Shown here piece after piece: positions 25,676-35,025 of a stretch of DNA of 64,000 nucleotides; the first letter of the stretch is position 1, and every line of letters begins with the position of its first letter. Made by a program: the position numbers and the translations under genes. The DNA comes from Chloroflexota bacterium (lineage in GTDB: Bacteria > Chloroflexota > Anaerolineae > Anaerolineales > UBA11579). Where the stretch lies: assembly GCA_016191875.1 (NCBI GenBank), contig JACPVG010000013.1:25715-89714 (forward strand), given 5' to 3'. The notes beneath the pieces were generated by a model. That model saw only the letters and a list, made by a program, of their open reading frames with translations, searched no databases and was not told the origin of the DNA.

Positions 25676-26191
25676 ATGCTCATCAGCGAGAAACTGCTGG
25701 ACAAGATCAACGAGCAAATTGGCAACGAGTTCGGCGCTGGCCTGGAATACGTGTCGATCGCGGCATACTTCGAGAGCGAGGACATGCTGCATCTGGCGCA
25801 GGTGTTCTTCGATCAGGCCGAGGAGGAGCGCATGCACGCCATGAAGTTCGTGCGCTTCGTGCTGGATGCGGGCGGGAAGGTGGAAATCCCGGCCATCCCG
25901 GCGGCGCGGACGAAGTTCAAGGACGCGGCGGATGCGGTGCAGGCGGCGCTGACCTGGGAAGAGACGGTGACCCAACAGATAAACGGCTTGATGGACATCG
26001 CCGTAGGCGATAAGGACTACATCTCCCAGCAGTTCCTGGCCTGGTTCGTGACCGAACAACTGGAAGAGATCAGCAAGATGAGCACGATCCTCACCGTTCT
26101 CAAGCGGGCGGGCGACAACCTGCTGGTGGCGGAGACTTACATCACAGACTTCCTGGCGAAAGCGGCAGGCGGGCAGGCCGCGGCCGGGTAA
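25676..26191 (+). CDS. ftn: Ferritin (non-heme, bacterial)
   Basis: Start at ATG 25676 (MLISEKLLDKINEQIGNEFGAGLEYVSIAAYF). The ferroxidase residues EEERMHAMKF are present, and TAGAAT lies at 25639-25644. Confidence 0.9.
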   Translation: MLISEKLLDKINEQIGNEFGAGLEYVSIAAYFESEDMLHLAQVFFDQAEEERMHAMKFVRFVLDAGGKVEIPAIPAARTKFKDAADAVQAALTWEETVTQQINGLMDIAVGDKDYISQQFLAWFVTEQLEEISKMSTILTVLKRAGDNLLVAETYITDFLAKAAGGQAAAG

Positions 26192-26256
26192 TTGCCACAG
26201 GAAGCCGGTCGTCTCGGCTGAAGCCTCGACGCCAGAAGCGGATTCCTCATGTTAAG

Positions 26257-26285
26257 AAAGACCCCGGGCATTTGCCGGGGTCTTT
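26257..26285. terminator. Bidirectional intrinsic terminator
   Basis: aaagaccccgg 26257-26267 / ccggggtcttt 26275-26285. Confidence 0.7.
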
Positions 26286-26295
26286 GGCTTCAGGG

Positions 26296-26598
26296 CTATT
26301 TCTTCTTCTTTGATGCGTCCTCGTCATCCGGTTTGCGCAGTCCCCAATACAGCAGAGCGGCGCCGGCCCCGAGCGTATAGGCGCCCAGCGCCCCGGGCGG
26401 CATGAAGTTCAGCATCGCGCCGGCCAGGCCGAAGAAACAGACCAACAGCACGGCCGCCACCTGCCAGGAATGCTCGTGGTGGCTGAAGATGTGCAGGGCC
26501 AGCCAGCCGGCGCCCAGGCCGAATACCAGCAGGCCGATGAACCGGGGGAGGATCGCGAGTACGGTGAGTATCTGCCAGAGGACATCCCAGAATTCCAT
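26296..26598 (-). CDS. Small membrane protein (about 3 TM) with a Lys-rich tail
   Basis: 100 aa, hydrophobic, ending in DDEDASKKKK. Confidence 0.6.
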   Translation of the reverse strand: MEFWDVLWQILTVLAILPRFIGLLVFGLGAGWLALHIFSHHEHSWQVAAVLLVCFFGLAGAMLNFMPPGALGAYTLGAGAALLYWGLRKPDDEDASKKKK

Positions 26599-26650
26599 GT
26601 GCTTCTCCTTGTGTAATGTGTAGCGTCAATTCCATTGTATCAGAAGCGCA

Positions 26651-26679
26651 TTGACCCACGCCAGTCTGCGGGCTATAAT
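26651..26679 (+). promoter_or_regulatory. Sigma70-like promoter of the FMN riboswitch leader
   Basis: TTGACC 26651-26656, a 17-nt spacer, then TATAAT 26674-26679. Confidence 0.65.
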
Positions 26680-26694
26680 CAGGATACAACCACA

Positions 26695-26848
26695 TATACC
26701 TTCGGGGCAGGGTGAGCGGCGGTTCTCGCTAGCGCTCGAATCGTTCGCAATTCCCGATCGGTGGTGACAGCCCACGAGCGCGGCAAAAACGCGCAGGATC
26801 CGGTGAAATTCCGGGGCCGACGGTACAGTCCGGATGAAAGAAGGTGAT
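26695..26848 (+). promoter_or_regulatory. FMN riboswitch (RFN element) aptamer
   Basis: Conserved RFN blocks are CTTCGGGGCAGGGTGA...AATTCCCGATCGGTGGT..AGCCCAC...GGATCCGGTGAAATTCCGGGGCCGACGGTACAGTCCGGATGAAAGAAGG. P1 is accttc 26698-26703 / gaaggt 26840-26845. Confidence 0.85.
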
Positions 26849-26927
26849 CCAAACGCGAAGCGTTTGGGTTTAAGAGTTTTCCGTTGTGCGGAAAACTCTA
26901 TGACGCGCATCTGCGCGCGCCGACCGC

Positions 26928-26953
26928 CCCGGGAACCATGTTTCCGGGTTTTT
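26928..26953 (+). terminator. First intrinsic terminator in the riboswitch expression platform
   Basis: cccgggaa / tttccggg stem, then TTTTTGTT. Confidence 0.55.
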
Positions 26954-26983
26954 GTTGGCCGCTGCAGTGATGCACGGCGTATC

Positions 26984-27015
26984 CTGCCCCGGACTGCTGC
27001 GGGGCAGTTTTGTTT
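26984..27015 (+). terminator. Second intrinsic terminator in the riboswitch expression platform
   Basis: ctgccccg 26984-26991 / cggggcag 27000-27007 (perfect 8 bp), then TTTTGTTT. It ends 5 nt before ATG 27021. Confidence 0.65.
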
Positions 27016-27020
27016 CCCGC

Positions 27021-27860
27021 ATGGCGATGAATAAAGATCTGATGACCAATTTCCCCCTATCTGCCCGGCGCGGGCGCGCCCTGGCGCCGGGCGCTTTCGC
27101 GCTGGCGCTGGGTGTGTTCCTCTGGTACGCGCTCATCTGGCTGGGCGGCGTACAGCCCTTTATTTTGCCCGCCCCGCACCAGGTGTGGGGGCGTTTCCTG
27201 CGGGCGCTGGCGGATGGCTCGCTGGCGGGCCACAGTTGGGTGACGCTGCAAGAAGTGCTGGCCGGGCTGGCGCTGGGCGCGGCGGCGGCCATGCTGTTCG
27301 GCTATGCGCTGGCAAAATCCACCGTCCTGGAGAAGTTCCTGGCCCCCTACGTGGTCGCCAGCCAGGCGGTGCCGACCGTTGCCATTGCGCCGCTGCTGGT
27401 CATCTGGTTCGGGCCGGGGCTGGCCAGCAAAGTGCTGGTGTGCGCGCTGATCGTGTTCTTCCCCATCCTGATCAACACGGTGGTGGGAGTGCGCAGCGTG
27501 CCGGAAGACCTGCGCGACCTGATGCGCTCGCTGCATGCCAGCCGCGCCCAGACGTTCCGGCTGCTCGAATTGCCGGCGGCGCTGCCGGTGCTGCTGGGCG
27601 GCTTCCGCATCGGGGCCACGCTGGCGGTCATCGGGGCGGTGGTGGGCGAATTCGTGGGCGCCGACCGCGGCCTGGGTTACCTCTTGAGCGTGGCGCGCGG
27701 GCAATACGACGTGGCGCTGGTTTTCGTGGCGGTCTTCACCCTGATCGCCATGGCCTTGAGTCTATATGGCCTGGTGGCGCTGGCCGAACGAGCCACGCTG
27801 GGCTGGCAGCGCCAGGCCGAGCAAAGCCGAATGACCTTCAACCCAACGGAGAAAAACTGA
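27021..27860 (+). CDS. ribX: ABC transporter permease (NitT/TauT family); predicted riboflavin transporter RibX
   Basis: Multi-TM BPD-type permease, the first gene after the FMN riboswitch. The start (27021 or 27027) is uncertain. Confidence 0.75.
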   Translation: MAMNKDLMTNFPLSARRGRALAPGAFALALGVFLWYALIWLGGVQPFILPAPHQVWGRFLRALADGSLAGHSWVTLQEVLAGLALGAAAAMLFGYALAKSTVLEKFLAPYVVASQAVPTVAIAPLLVIWFGPGLASKVLVCALIVFFPILINTVVGVRSVPEDLRDLMRSLHASRAQTFRLLELPAALPVLLGGFRIGATLAVIGAVVGEFVGADRGLGYLLSVARGQYDVALVFVAVFTLIAMALSLYGLVALAERATLGWQRQAEQSRMTFNPTEKN

Positions 27861-28825
27861 TGAAACGAAACTCGATGTTTGTGTTCCTTGCACTCAGCCT
27901 GCTGCTGGCGGGCTGCGCCCCGGCGGCAGGTGGGGCGCGCAGCCTCCGCCTGCCGATGGGCTACATACCGAACATCCAGTACGCGCCGTTCTACGTGGCG
28001 GTCGAGAATGGCTACTTCGCCGAGGAGGGGTTGGCGCTGGATTTCGACTACTCTTTCGAGACCGACGGCGTGGCGCTGGTGGGCGCGGGCGAACTGCCCT
28101 TTGCCGTGGTGAGCGCCGAACAGGTGCTGCTGGCGCGGGCGCAGGGCATCCCGGTGGTGTACGTGGCGGCCTGGTTCCAGGACTTCCCCATCGCGGCGGT
28201 GGCCGCGGCGGAGACCGGCATCCAGACCCCGGCCGACCTGGCCGGCCAGCGCATCGGGCTGCCGGGCCTGTTCGGGGCCTCCTACATCGGCTTGCAGGCC
28301 CTTCTGAACGCCGGAGGCTTGAGCGAGCAGGATGTGACCCTGGAGGCGATTGGCTTCAATCAGGTGGAAGCCTTTGCGAGCGGGCAGCAGCCGATCATCG
28401 TGGGCTACATAAACAACGAGCCCCTCCAGTTGCGCGCCCTGGGCTTTGACGTCAATGTGCTGGCGGTGCGCGACTCACTGCACCTGCCGGCCAATGGCAT
28501 CATCACCAACGAAGATACCGCCCGCAACAACCCTGCGCTGGTGAGGGCGTTTGTGAGCGCCCTGCTGCGCGGGCTGGACGATACGATCAACGACCCGGAC
28601 GCGGCTTATGAGATCAGCCTGAAGTACGTGGACAACCTGGCAGAGGCCGACGCGGCCGTCCAGAAGGAAGTGCTGGCGGTGAGCATCGATCTGTGGCGCG
28701 CTGAGCGGCCGGGCTTTTCCGATCCGGCGGCCTGGGAGAATCTGCACGCCCTGCTGCTGGAAATGGGACTGCTGGAACGGCCGCTCTCGCTCTCAGACGC
28801 GGTCACCAATGAGTTCGTGCCGTAA
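27860..28825 (+). CDS. ribY: NMT1/THI5-like (ThiY-like) substrate-binding lipoprotein; predicted RibY
   Basis: MKRNSMFVFLALSLLLAGC lipobox; PMGYIPNIQYAPFYVAVENGYF. A 1-nt overlap joins it to the permease stop. Confidence 0.75.
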   Translation: MKRNSMFVFLALSLLLAGCAPAAGGARSLRLPMGYIPNIQYAPFYVAVENGYFAEEGLALDFDYSFETDGVALVGAGELPFAVVSAEQVLLARAQGIPVVYVAAWFQDFPIAAVAAAETGIQTPADLAGQRIGLPGLFGASYIGLQALLNAGGLSEQDVTLEAIGFNQVEAFASGQQPIIVGYINNEPLQLRALGFDVNVLAVRDSLHLPANGIITNEDTARNNPALVRAFVSALLRGLDDTINDPDAAYEISLKYVDNLAEADAAVQKEVLAVSIDLWRAERPGFSDPAAWENLHALLLEMGLLERPLSLSDAVTNEFVP

Positions 28826-28889
28826 GGATTCGGAGCCGAAGCGCGACAGGTGGACCCCAGAGAACGAATCGAATGGCTGTTGGAAAAGC

Positions 28890-29648
28890 ATGACCGGAAA
28901 AGCGCTGCTTGAAGTCATCAGATTGAGTACCACGTTCCGCAACGGGAACGGCGGCCTGCACGTGCTGGATGGGTTGGACTTTTCGGTGGCGGAATACCAG
29001 TTCGTGGCGCTGCTGGGGCCATCGGGCAGCGGAAAGAGCACGCTGCTGCGCACGCTGGCGGGCCTGCTGCCGCCCTCGCGCGGGCGGGTAGTCTTCAAGG
29101 GCCAACGCGTGGATGGCCCGCCGCGCGGCGTGGGTTATGTGTTCCAGAATGCCAACCTGATGCCGTGGCGCACGGTGGAGGAGAACATCACCCTGCCGCT
29201 GGAACTGGCCGGGGCGGCCAACGGCGCGGCCGCAGCCAAGTCGCGCGAAATGGTGGAGCTGGTGGGCCTGCAGGGCTTCGAGGAGGCCCTGCCGCGCGAC
29301 CTCTCCGGCGGGATGGCCCAGCGCGTGGCCATCGCCCGCGCCCTGGCGCACGACCCCGACCTGCTGCTCATGGACGAACCTTTCGGGGCGTTGGACGCGA
29401 TCACCCGCGAGCGCATGGGCCTCGAATTGCTGCGCATCTGGGAGGCGCGCCGCAAGACGGTGCTGATGGTAACGCATGATATCGCCGAGGCGCTCATGCT
29501 GGCCGACCGCGCCCTGGTGTTCAGCGAGCGGCCAGCGCGGGTGAGCATGGAACTGACGGTGGACCTGCCGCGCCCGCGCCTGGACGAACTGCGCTACACA
29601 CCCGAATTCGCCGCGCTGTCGCGGCGGCTGCGGGATGCCATCCGGTGA
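28890..29648 (+). CDS. ABC transporter ATP-binding protein
   Basis: GPSGSGKST, LSGGMAQRVAIARAL and LLLMDEPFGALD. Confidence 0.9.
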   Translation: MTGKALLEVIRLSTTFRNGNGGLHVLDGLDFSVAEYQFVALLGPSGSGKSTLLRTLAGLLPPSRGRVVFKGQRVDGPPRGVGYVFQNANLMPWRTVEENITLPLELAGAANGAAAAKSREMVELVGLQGFEEALPRDLSGGMAQRVAIARALAHDPDLLLMDEPFGALDAITRERMGLELLRIWEARRKTVLMVTHDIAEALMLADRALVFSERPARVSMELTVDLPRPRLDELRYTPEFAALSRRLRDAIR

Positions 29649-29755
29649 GGGAGAAGGGCCGGCAGTAATAGGACAAATTCGGGGGAATTCATGGACGAAT
29701 GTCCCTGCCCTCAGCGGCGGTCTAGTCTGTATAATCCCTGTATTGGGAGTGAACC

Positions 29756-30640
29756 ATGCGAAAAGTCTTGATTCTTCTTACAGCGGCGGCCGTGCTGTTG
29801 TTCCCGGTAGCCGCGGCGGCGCAGGCGGCGGTATCTATTGAAACGCTGCAGGCCGAATTCTGGCCGGAATACGACCGGCCGGAAATGCTGGTCATCTACC
29901 GCATCCAGCTGAGCCAGGATACGACGCTGCCTGCCACGCTGAACATCCGCATCCCGGCCGCGGTCGGGGAACCGAACGCCGTGGCGGTGGCGGATGCGAG
30001 CGGAAGCCTGGTGAACGCGGCCTATACCCGCACCGAGCAGGGCGAGTACGCCACGCTGGCGGTGCAGGCCGCCTCGCGGCTGGTGCAGGTGGAATACTAT
30101 GATGCCGCGCTGGAAAAGGACGGCCCGGCCCGGAGTTACGTTGACCGCATCCGCTTCGATTACCCCATCGGCAATCTGGTGCTGCGCGTCCAGCAGCCGG
30201 CCGGCGCCAGCGGTATGACCATCGGCCCGGTGAACGGCACACCAGCGGCTGAAGGCGACGGGCTGACGTATTACTACGCCGGGCTGGGCGCGCTGGAGGC
30301 CGGCGAAGAGATCGAAGTCTCTGTCGATTACCAGAAGGCGGATGATACCTTGAGCGTGGATGCAGTGGCGACCGGCGGGCCCGCTGAGGCCAGCGGCTTC
30401 AGCGCCAACCCCATCCAGTACCTCGCCATCGGCCTGGGCGTGATCGGCCTGGGGCTGTTGGGCTGGGCGGCGTTCAAACAGTTCGGCGGGCGGTTGCTGC
30501 GCCCCGCCGCCCGCAAGCCGCGCGCCCGCAAACGCTCAACCGGGGCGGGCGGCGCAGCCATGTTCTGCCACAACTGCGGTACGCAGGCTTTGCCCGGCGA
30601 CAAGTTCTGCCGCGAATGCGGCACGCAACTGCGGCGCTGA
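29756..30640 (+). CDS. Secreted/membrane-anchored protein of unknown function with a C-terminal TM and cytoplasmic zinc ribbon
   Basis: Signal peptide MRKVLILLTAAAVLLFPVAAAAQA, a TM near LAIGLGVIGLGLLGWAAF, and a C-terminal FCHNCGTQALPGDKFCRECG. The ectodomain resembles the C-terminal ectodomain of the 35026-37014 protein. Confidence 0.6.
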   Translation: MRKVLILLTAAAVLLFPVAAAAQAAVSIETLQAEFWPEYDRPEMLVIYRIQLSQDTTLPATLNIRIPAAVGEPNAVAVADASGSLVNAAYTRTEQGEYATLAVQAASRLVQVEYYDAALEKDGPARSYVDRIRFDYPIGNLVLRVQQPAGASGMTIGPVNGTPAAEGDGLTYYYAGLGALEAGEEIEVSVDYQKADDTLSVDAVATGGPAEASGFSANPIQYLAIGLGVIGLGLLGWAAFKQFGGRLLRPAARKPRARKRSTGAGGAAMFCHNCGTQALPGDKFCRECGTQLRR

Positions 30641-30786
30641 CCCCAGGGGACATACGTCCCAGGCAGTTCGGGGCAAGTGTCATTGCCCTAAATCGGAGTT
30701 ATTCGGTAAGATTAACCGGGCCATACGTTTCCCCCGCGCGGGGGAGATATAATGACCGTTCACAAAGGAATACCGGAGGTCTGGCA

Positions 30787-31260
30787 ATGAACAAATTCGT
30801 AGTTGGCGGTCTGCTCATCCTGGCGGCGGTGGTGTACCTGATCGCTTCCTCGACCATCGCCGGGGCGCAGTACTTCTTCACTGTGGACGAACTGCTGGGG
30901 CGGGGCGACGAGGCGGTTGGCACACCCGCGCGCATCTCTGGTGCGGTTATCGGCGAGACGATCCAGTATGACCCGGACACGCTGACGCTGACCTTTGAGG
31001 TGGCGCACATGCCGGCCGACAACGAACTGCTCAACGACGAAGGCGGGCTGGCGCTGGCGCTGCACCAGGCGGTCACTGACCCCGGCCGCGCCCGGTTGAA
31101 AGTAGTCTATGTGGGGCCGCTGCCCGACCTGTTGCAGAACGAGGCGCAGGCCATCATGACCGGCAGACTGGATGCTGACGGCGTGTTCTACGCCGATGAA
31201 CTGCTGCTGAAATGCCCGACGCGCTACGAAGAAGCCGCGCCGGACCAGGCTGGCCAGTAG
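30787..31260 (+). CDS. ccmE: Cytochrome c maturation heme chaperone CcmE, Cys-type (CxxxY) variant
   Basis: GGAGG SD and TATAAT at 30748-30753. The OB-fold region reads RISGAVIG...IMTGRLDADGVFYADELLLKCPTRYEE. Cys (codon 31213-31215) replaces the canonical heme-binding His. Confidence 0.85.
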   Translation: MNKFVVGGLLILAAVVYLIASSTIAGAQYFFTVDELLGRGDEAVGTPARISGAVIGETIQYDPDTLTLTFEVAHMPADNELLNDEGGLALALHQAVTDPGRARLKVVYVGPLPDLLQNEAQAIMTGRLDADGVFYADELLLKCPTRYEEAAPDQAGQ

Positions 31261-31290
31261 CGCCCGCCGCAACGCTCCACAGGAGTCGAT

Positions 31291-33390
31291 ATGCTTGCTA
31301 ACTTTGGCTACGGCGCGCTGGTTATCAGCCTGGCCGTTTCGCTGTATGGGATTGGCGCGGCAATCTACGGCGAGAGGAACAAGCAGCCGCGCTGGGTGGA
31401 TAGCGCCCGCAACGCCATGCTGCTCACCTTCCCGCTGCTCACTCTGGCGGCGGCCAGCATCATCATCCTGCTGGTCACCAACCGCTTCGAACTCGATTAC
31501 GTTTATTCGGTTACCAGCCGCAGCATGCCCACCTACCTGCGGGTGACGGCGCTGTGGGGCGGCCAGCCCGGCTCGCTGGTGTTCTGGTCGTGGCTCTTGT
31601 CACTGTTTACTTCGGCGGTCACGCTGCGCGACTGGCGGCGCGATCGCGAGTTCCTGCCGTGGGTGATCGTGGTGGCGCTGGTCACGCTGGCCTTCTTCCT
31701 GGTGCTCATCATCGCCTTCGAGAACCCCTTCCTGCGCTACTGGACGGGGTCGAGCGGCGCGGTGGTAACGGCCATGTTCCAGCCCAGGGGCCTGGAATTG
31801 TTCACGCCCGCGGATGGGCGCGGCTTGAACCCGCTGCTGCGCCACCCGGGCATGATCATCCACCCGCCGCTGTTGTACCTGGGTTTCGTCTCCCTGACCA
31901 TCCCGTTCGCCTTCGCCATCGCGGCGCTCATCACCGGGCGTACCGATGACCGCTGGATCCGATTGACGCGACGCTGGACGCTGTGGGCCTGGCTGTTCCT
32001 TTCGCTGGGGTTGATCCTGGGCGGGCGCTGGGCCTACGACGTGCTGGGTTGGGGCGGCTACTGGGGCTGGGACCCGGTGGAGGTGGCGGCGCTGATGCCG
32101 TGGCTGACGGCCACGCCCTTCCTGCATTCGGTGATGATCCAGGAAAAGCGCAACATGTTCAAACACTGGAACATGCTGCTCATCATCATCACCTACGACC
32201 TGATGATCCTGGGGACCTTCCTGACCCGTTCCGGGGTGCTGTCTTCGGTGCATGCCTTTGCCCAGTCGGCCATCGGGCCGATGTTCTTTGGCTACATCGT
32301 CATCACGCTGGCGGTCTCGCTGGCGCTGCTCTCGCGACGCTGGGATGAGTTGAAAAGCGAAGGCGAACTGACCTCGTGGCTGTCGCGCGAGGCATTGTTC
32401 CTCATCAATAATCTCGTGTTCATTGCCATCCTGGTGGTGTGCCTGTGGGGGGTGTTCTTCCCGATTCTCACGGAGGCGCTGGGCATCGTGGGCCAGGCGT
32501 TCCCGTCGGTGGCGCACATCTTCAACGGCCAGAAGGTAACGGTGGGGCCATTGTTTTACGAGCGCGCCACCGGCCCGTTGTGGGCGGCGCTGCTGCTGTT
32601 GATGGGCATTGCCCCGCTTTCGGCCTGGCGCGCCAGCACCGGCCGCACCCTGGGGCGCGGGATGGTTGCGCCGACCATCGCCTCGGTCGTGGCGCTCATC
32701 GCCGTGGCGGCATTCAGCGAGGTGCGCCAGTGGGCGGCCCTGCTGGCGATCTGGCTGTGCTTCTTCGTGGTCTTCGTGACGCTGTATGAGTTCATCCGGG
32801 CGGCGGCGGCGCGCGCCGCGGCGCACAGCCTGAATTTCATCGTGGCGTTGTGGCAGCTGGCCGGGCGCAACCGGCGGCGCTACGGCGGCTACATCATCCA
32901 CCTGGGGGTGGTGCTCATGGCGGTCGGCATCATTGGCATCGAGATGTTCCAGACCGAGACGCAGGCTTCGCTGAAACTGGGCGAGACGCTGGCGCTCGGC
33001 CGCTACAGCATCCGCTACGACTCGCTGGCTGAGTTCGACACCAACGACAACCGCAACGTGGCGCGGGCGGTGGTAACGGTGTTCAAGGACGGCCGCGAGG
33101 TGGGCGAGCTCTACCCGCGCCGCGATTACTTCTACGAATCCGACCAGCCGATGACCATCCCCGGCGTGCGGGCGTCGCTGGAAGACGACTTCTACGTCCT
33201 GCTGGTGGACTGGCAGCCGATCTCGACCCAGAACGCGACCTTCAAGGTCTACCACAACCCGCTGGTCAACTGGCTGTGGCTGGGGTCGCTGGTGTTCATC
33301 GCCGGCACGTTTGTGGCCGCCTGGCCGGAAAAAGACGCCCAGCCGCAGCCCGAACGCAGCCGGGCGGCGCGGGCCGCGGCGCGCGCCTGA
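31291..33390 (+). CDS. ccmF: Cytochrome c heme lyase subunit CcmF
   Basis: 699 aa, polytopic, with the WWD motif GWGGYWGWDPVE. Confidence 0.95.
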   Translation: MLANFGYGALVISLAVSLYGIGAAIYGERNKQPRWVDSARNAMLLTFPLLTLAAASIIILLVTNRFELDYVYSVTSRSMPTYLRVTALWGGQPGSLVFWSWLLSLFTSAVTLRDWRRDREFLPWVIVVALVTLAFFLVLIIAFENPFLRYWTGSSGAVVTAMFQPRGLELFTPADGRGLNPLLRHPGMIIHPPLLYLGFVSLTIPFAFAIAALITGRTDDRWIRLTRRWTLWAWLFLSLGLILGGRWAYDVLGWGGYWGWDPVEVAALMPWLTATPFLHSVMIQEKRNMFKHWNMLLIIITYDLMILGTFLTRSGVLSSVHAFAQSAIGPMFFGYIVITLAVSLALLSRRWDELKSEGELTSWLSREALFLINNLVFIAILVVCLWGVFFPILTEALGIVGQAFPSVAHIFNGQKVTVGPLFYERATGPLWAALLLLMGIAPLSAWRASTGRTLGRGMVAPTIASVVALIAVAAFSEVRQWAALLAIWLCFFVVFVTLYEFIRAAAARAAAHSLNFIVALWQLAGRNRRRYGGYIIHLGVVLMAVGIIGIEMFQTETQASLKLGETLALGRYSIRYDSLAEFDTNDNRNVARAVVTVFKDGREVGELYPRRDYFYESDQPMTIPGVRASLEDDFYVLLVDWQPISTQNATFKVYHNPLVNWLWLGSLVFIAGTFVAAWPEKDAQPQPERSRAARAAARA

Positions 33391-33398
33391 GGAACCCC

Positions 33399-33917
33399 AT
33401 GAAGAGACTTCCCGTTTTTCTCCTTGCCCTGGCCGCGCTGGGGGCGCTGCTGGCGGCCGGACCGGCTCGGGCGCAGGGCGAAACTCCGCCCGCGCCCGCC
33501 GCCACGCCTTCGGACGATGCGGTCAACGCCATCGCCAAGAACCTGTACTGCCCGGTGTGCGAGAATGTGCCGCTGGACGTGTGCCCGACGCTGGCCTGCC
33601 AGCGCTGGCGCGAGCAGATCCGCGAGAAACTGGCGGAGGGTTGGAGCGAGCAGGAGATCCTCGACTATTTTGTGCTGCAATATGGCGACCGGGTGCTGGC
33701 CGCCCCGCCCCGGCGCGGCTTCAACTGGCTCATTTACCTGGCGCCGCCGGCGCTGATCGCCCTGGGTGCGTGGACGCTCTACCGGTTGATGGGCCGCATG
33801 CGCCTGGCGGCGCAGGCTGCCCAGACGGCCCGTATGGACGCCCGTCCCCAACACGTTGACGACGACACTCTCGCCCGGCTGGAGGACGAACTCAAACGCC
33901 GGGATCAAGGTGAATGA
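33399..33917 (+). CDS. ccmH: Cytochrome c maturation protein CcmH/CycL family
   Basis: Signal peptide, then LYCPVCENVPLDVC (CxxC), followed by a TM. Confidence 0.85.
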   Translation: MKRLPVFLLALAALGALLAAGPARAQGETPPAPAATPSDDAVNAIAKNLYCPVCENVPLDVCPTLACQRWREQIREKLAEGWSEQEILDYFVLQYGDRVLAAPPRRGFNWLIYLAPPALIALGAWTLYRLMGRMRLAAQAAQTARMDARPQHVDDDTLARLEDELKRRDQGE

Positions 33918-34474
33918 ACATGACGGAAATGACCGAAACGACCCCGCGCAAAGCCGGTGGTTGGGGGCGCATCCTGGCCTGGGCGCTGGTGCTCGGCCTG
34001 CTGACCGTGGTAGCCATTCAGTTGAGCAAGAGCATGCAGGGCAGCGTGGGCGCAGGCCAGAAGGCCCCGGAGTTCACGCTGACCCTGTTTGGGGGCGGCG
34101 AGATTGGCCCGGCCGAGATGGCTGGCAAAGTGGTGGTGGTGAACTTCTGGGCATCGTGGTGCAAGCCGTGCGAGGAAGAGGCCGAGGAACTCCAGGATGC
34201 CTGGGAGTACTACGAACCGCGCGGCGACGTCCTTTTCCTGGGCGTGGATTATGTGGATACTGAGACCGACGCGCTGAAGTACCTGGAGAAGTGGGGCATC
34301 ACGTACCCCAACGGACCGGACCTGGGCACGCGAATCTCGCAAGCCTTCCGCATCACCGGTGTGCCGGAGACCTACATCATCGACCGCCAGGGCACCCTGG
34401 CCTACATCAAGATCGGGCCGTTCACCACGCTGGATGAGATCCTGGCGGCGGTGGAACGCGCCCTGGCCGAGTAG
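33914..34474 (+). CDS. TlpA/ResA/CcmG-like membrane-anchored thiol:disulfide oxidoreductase
   Basis: An N-terminal TM, VVNFWASWCKPCEEE (WCxxC), and an ATGA overlap with ccmH. Confidence 0.85.
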   Translation: MNMTEMTETTPRKAGGWGRILAWALVLGLLTVVAIQLSKSMQGSVGAGQKAPEFTLTLFGGGEIGPAEMAGKVVVVNFWASWCKPCEEEAEELQDAWEYYEPRGDVLFLGVDYVDTETDALKYLEKWGITYPNGPDLGTRISQAFRITGVPETYIIDRQGTLAYIKIGPFTTLDEILAAVERALAE

Positions 34475-34496
34475 CGGCCTGACCATTGGAGCCTGC

Positions 34497-35018
34497 ATGG
34501 ATATTGGTTCGATACTGCTAATTCTGGCGCTGGCCCTGCTGGTGGCAGCCTTTGTGGCCCGCCCGCTGCTGGCCGGCCATTCCAGCGTTGTAAGCGAGCG
34601 CGAGCACCGCATTTCGGCCCTGCTGGCCGAGCGCGATCGCCTGCTGGACGCGCTTTTGGAACTGGATTTCGACAACCAGATGGGCAAGGTGCCGGAAGAT
34701 ATCTACCCGGCCCAACGCGCCAGCCTGATGGGGCGCGCGGCGGAGGTGCTCAAGGAGCTGGATGCGCTCGAGCCCCAGCCCGCTCCCGCCGGCGACGCCG
34801 TGGAAGCCGCCATCGCCGCCAAACGGGCAACGAGCGGCGACCCGCTGGAAACGATGATCGCCCAGCGCAAGGCGGCGATGCAAAAGGATCGCACCAGCGG
34901 CGCGGCGCGCAAGGCCAGCCAACCCGCAAAGACCGGGGCCAAATTCTGCCACGTATGCGGCAAGGCCGTCCAGCCGGGCGATAGGTTCTGCCCAAACTGC
35001 GGCGCGGCGTTGGGGTGA
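34497..35018 (+). CDS. Membrane protein with a CcmI N-terminal-like helix and a C-terminal zinc ribbon
   Basis: An N-terminal TM, then ISALLAERDRLLDALLELDFDNQMGKVPEDIYPAQRASL (the pattern seen after the TM of CcmI). The C-terminus is FCHVCGKAVQPGDRFCPNCG. No TPR region is present. Confidence 0.55.
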   Translation: MDIGSILLILALALLVAAFVARPLLAGHSSVVSEREHRISALLAERDRLLDALLELDFDNQMGKVPEDIYPAQRASLMGRAAEVLKELDALEPQPAPAGDAVEAAIAAKRATSGDPLETMIAQRKAAMQKDRTSGAARKASQPAKTGAKFCHVCGKAVQPGDRFCPNCGAALG

Positions 35019-35025
35019 GGCGATA

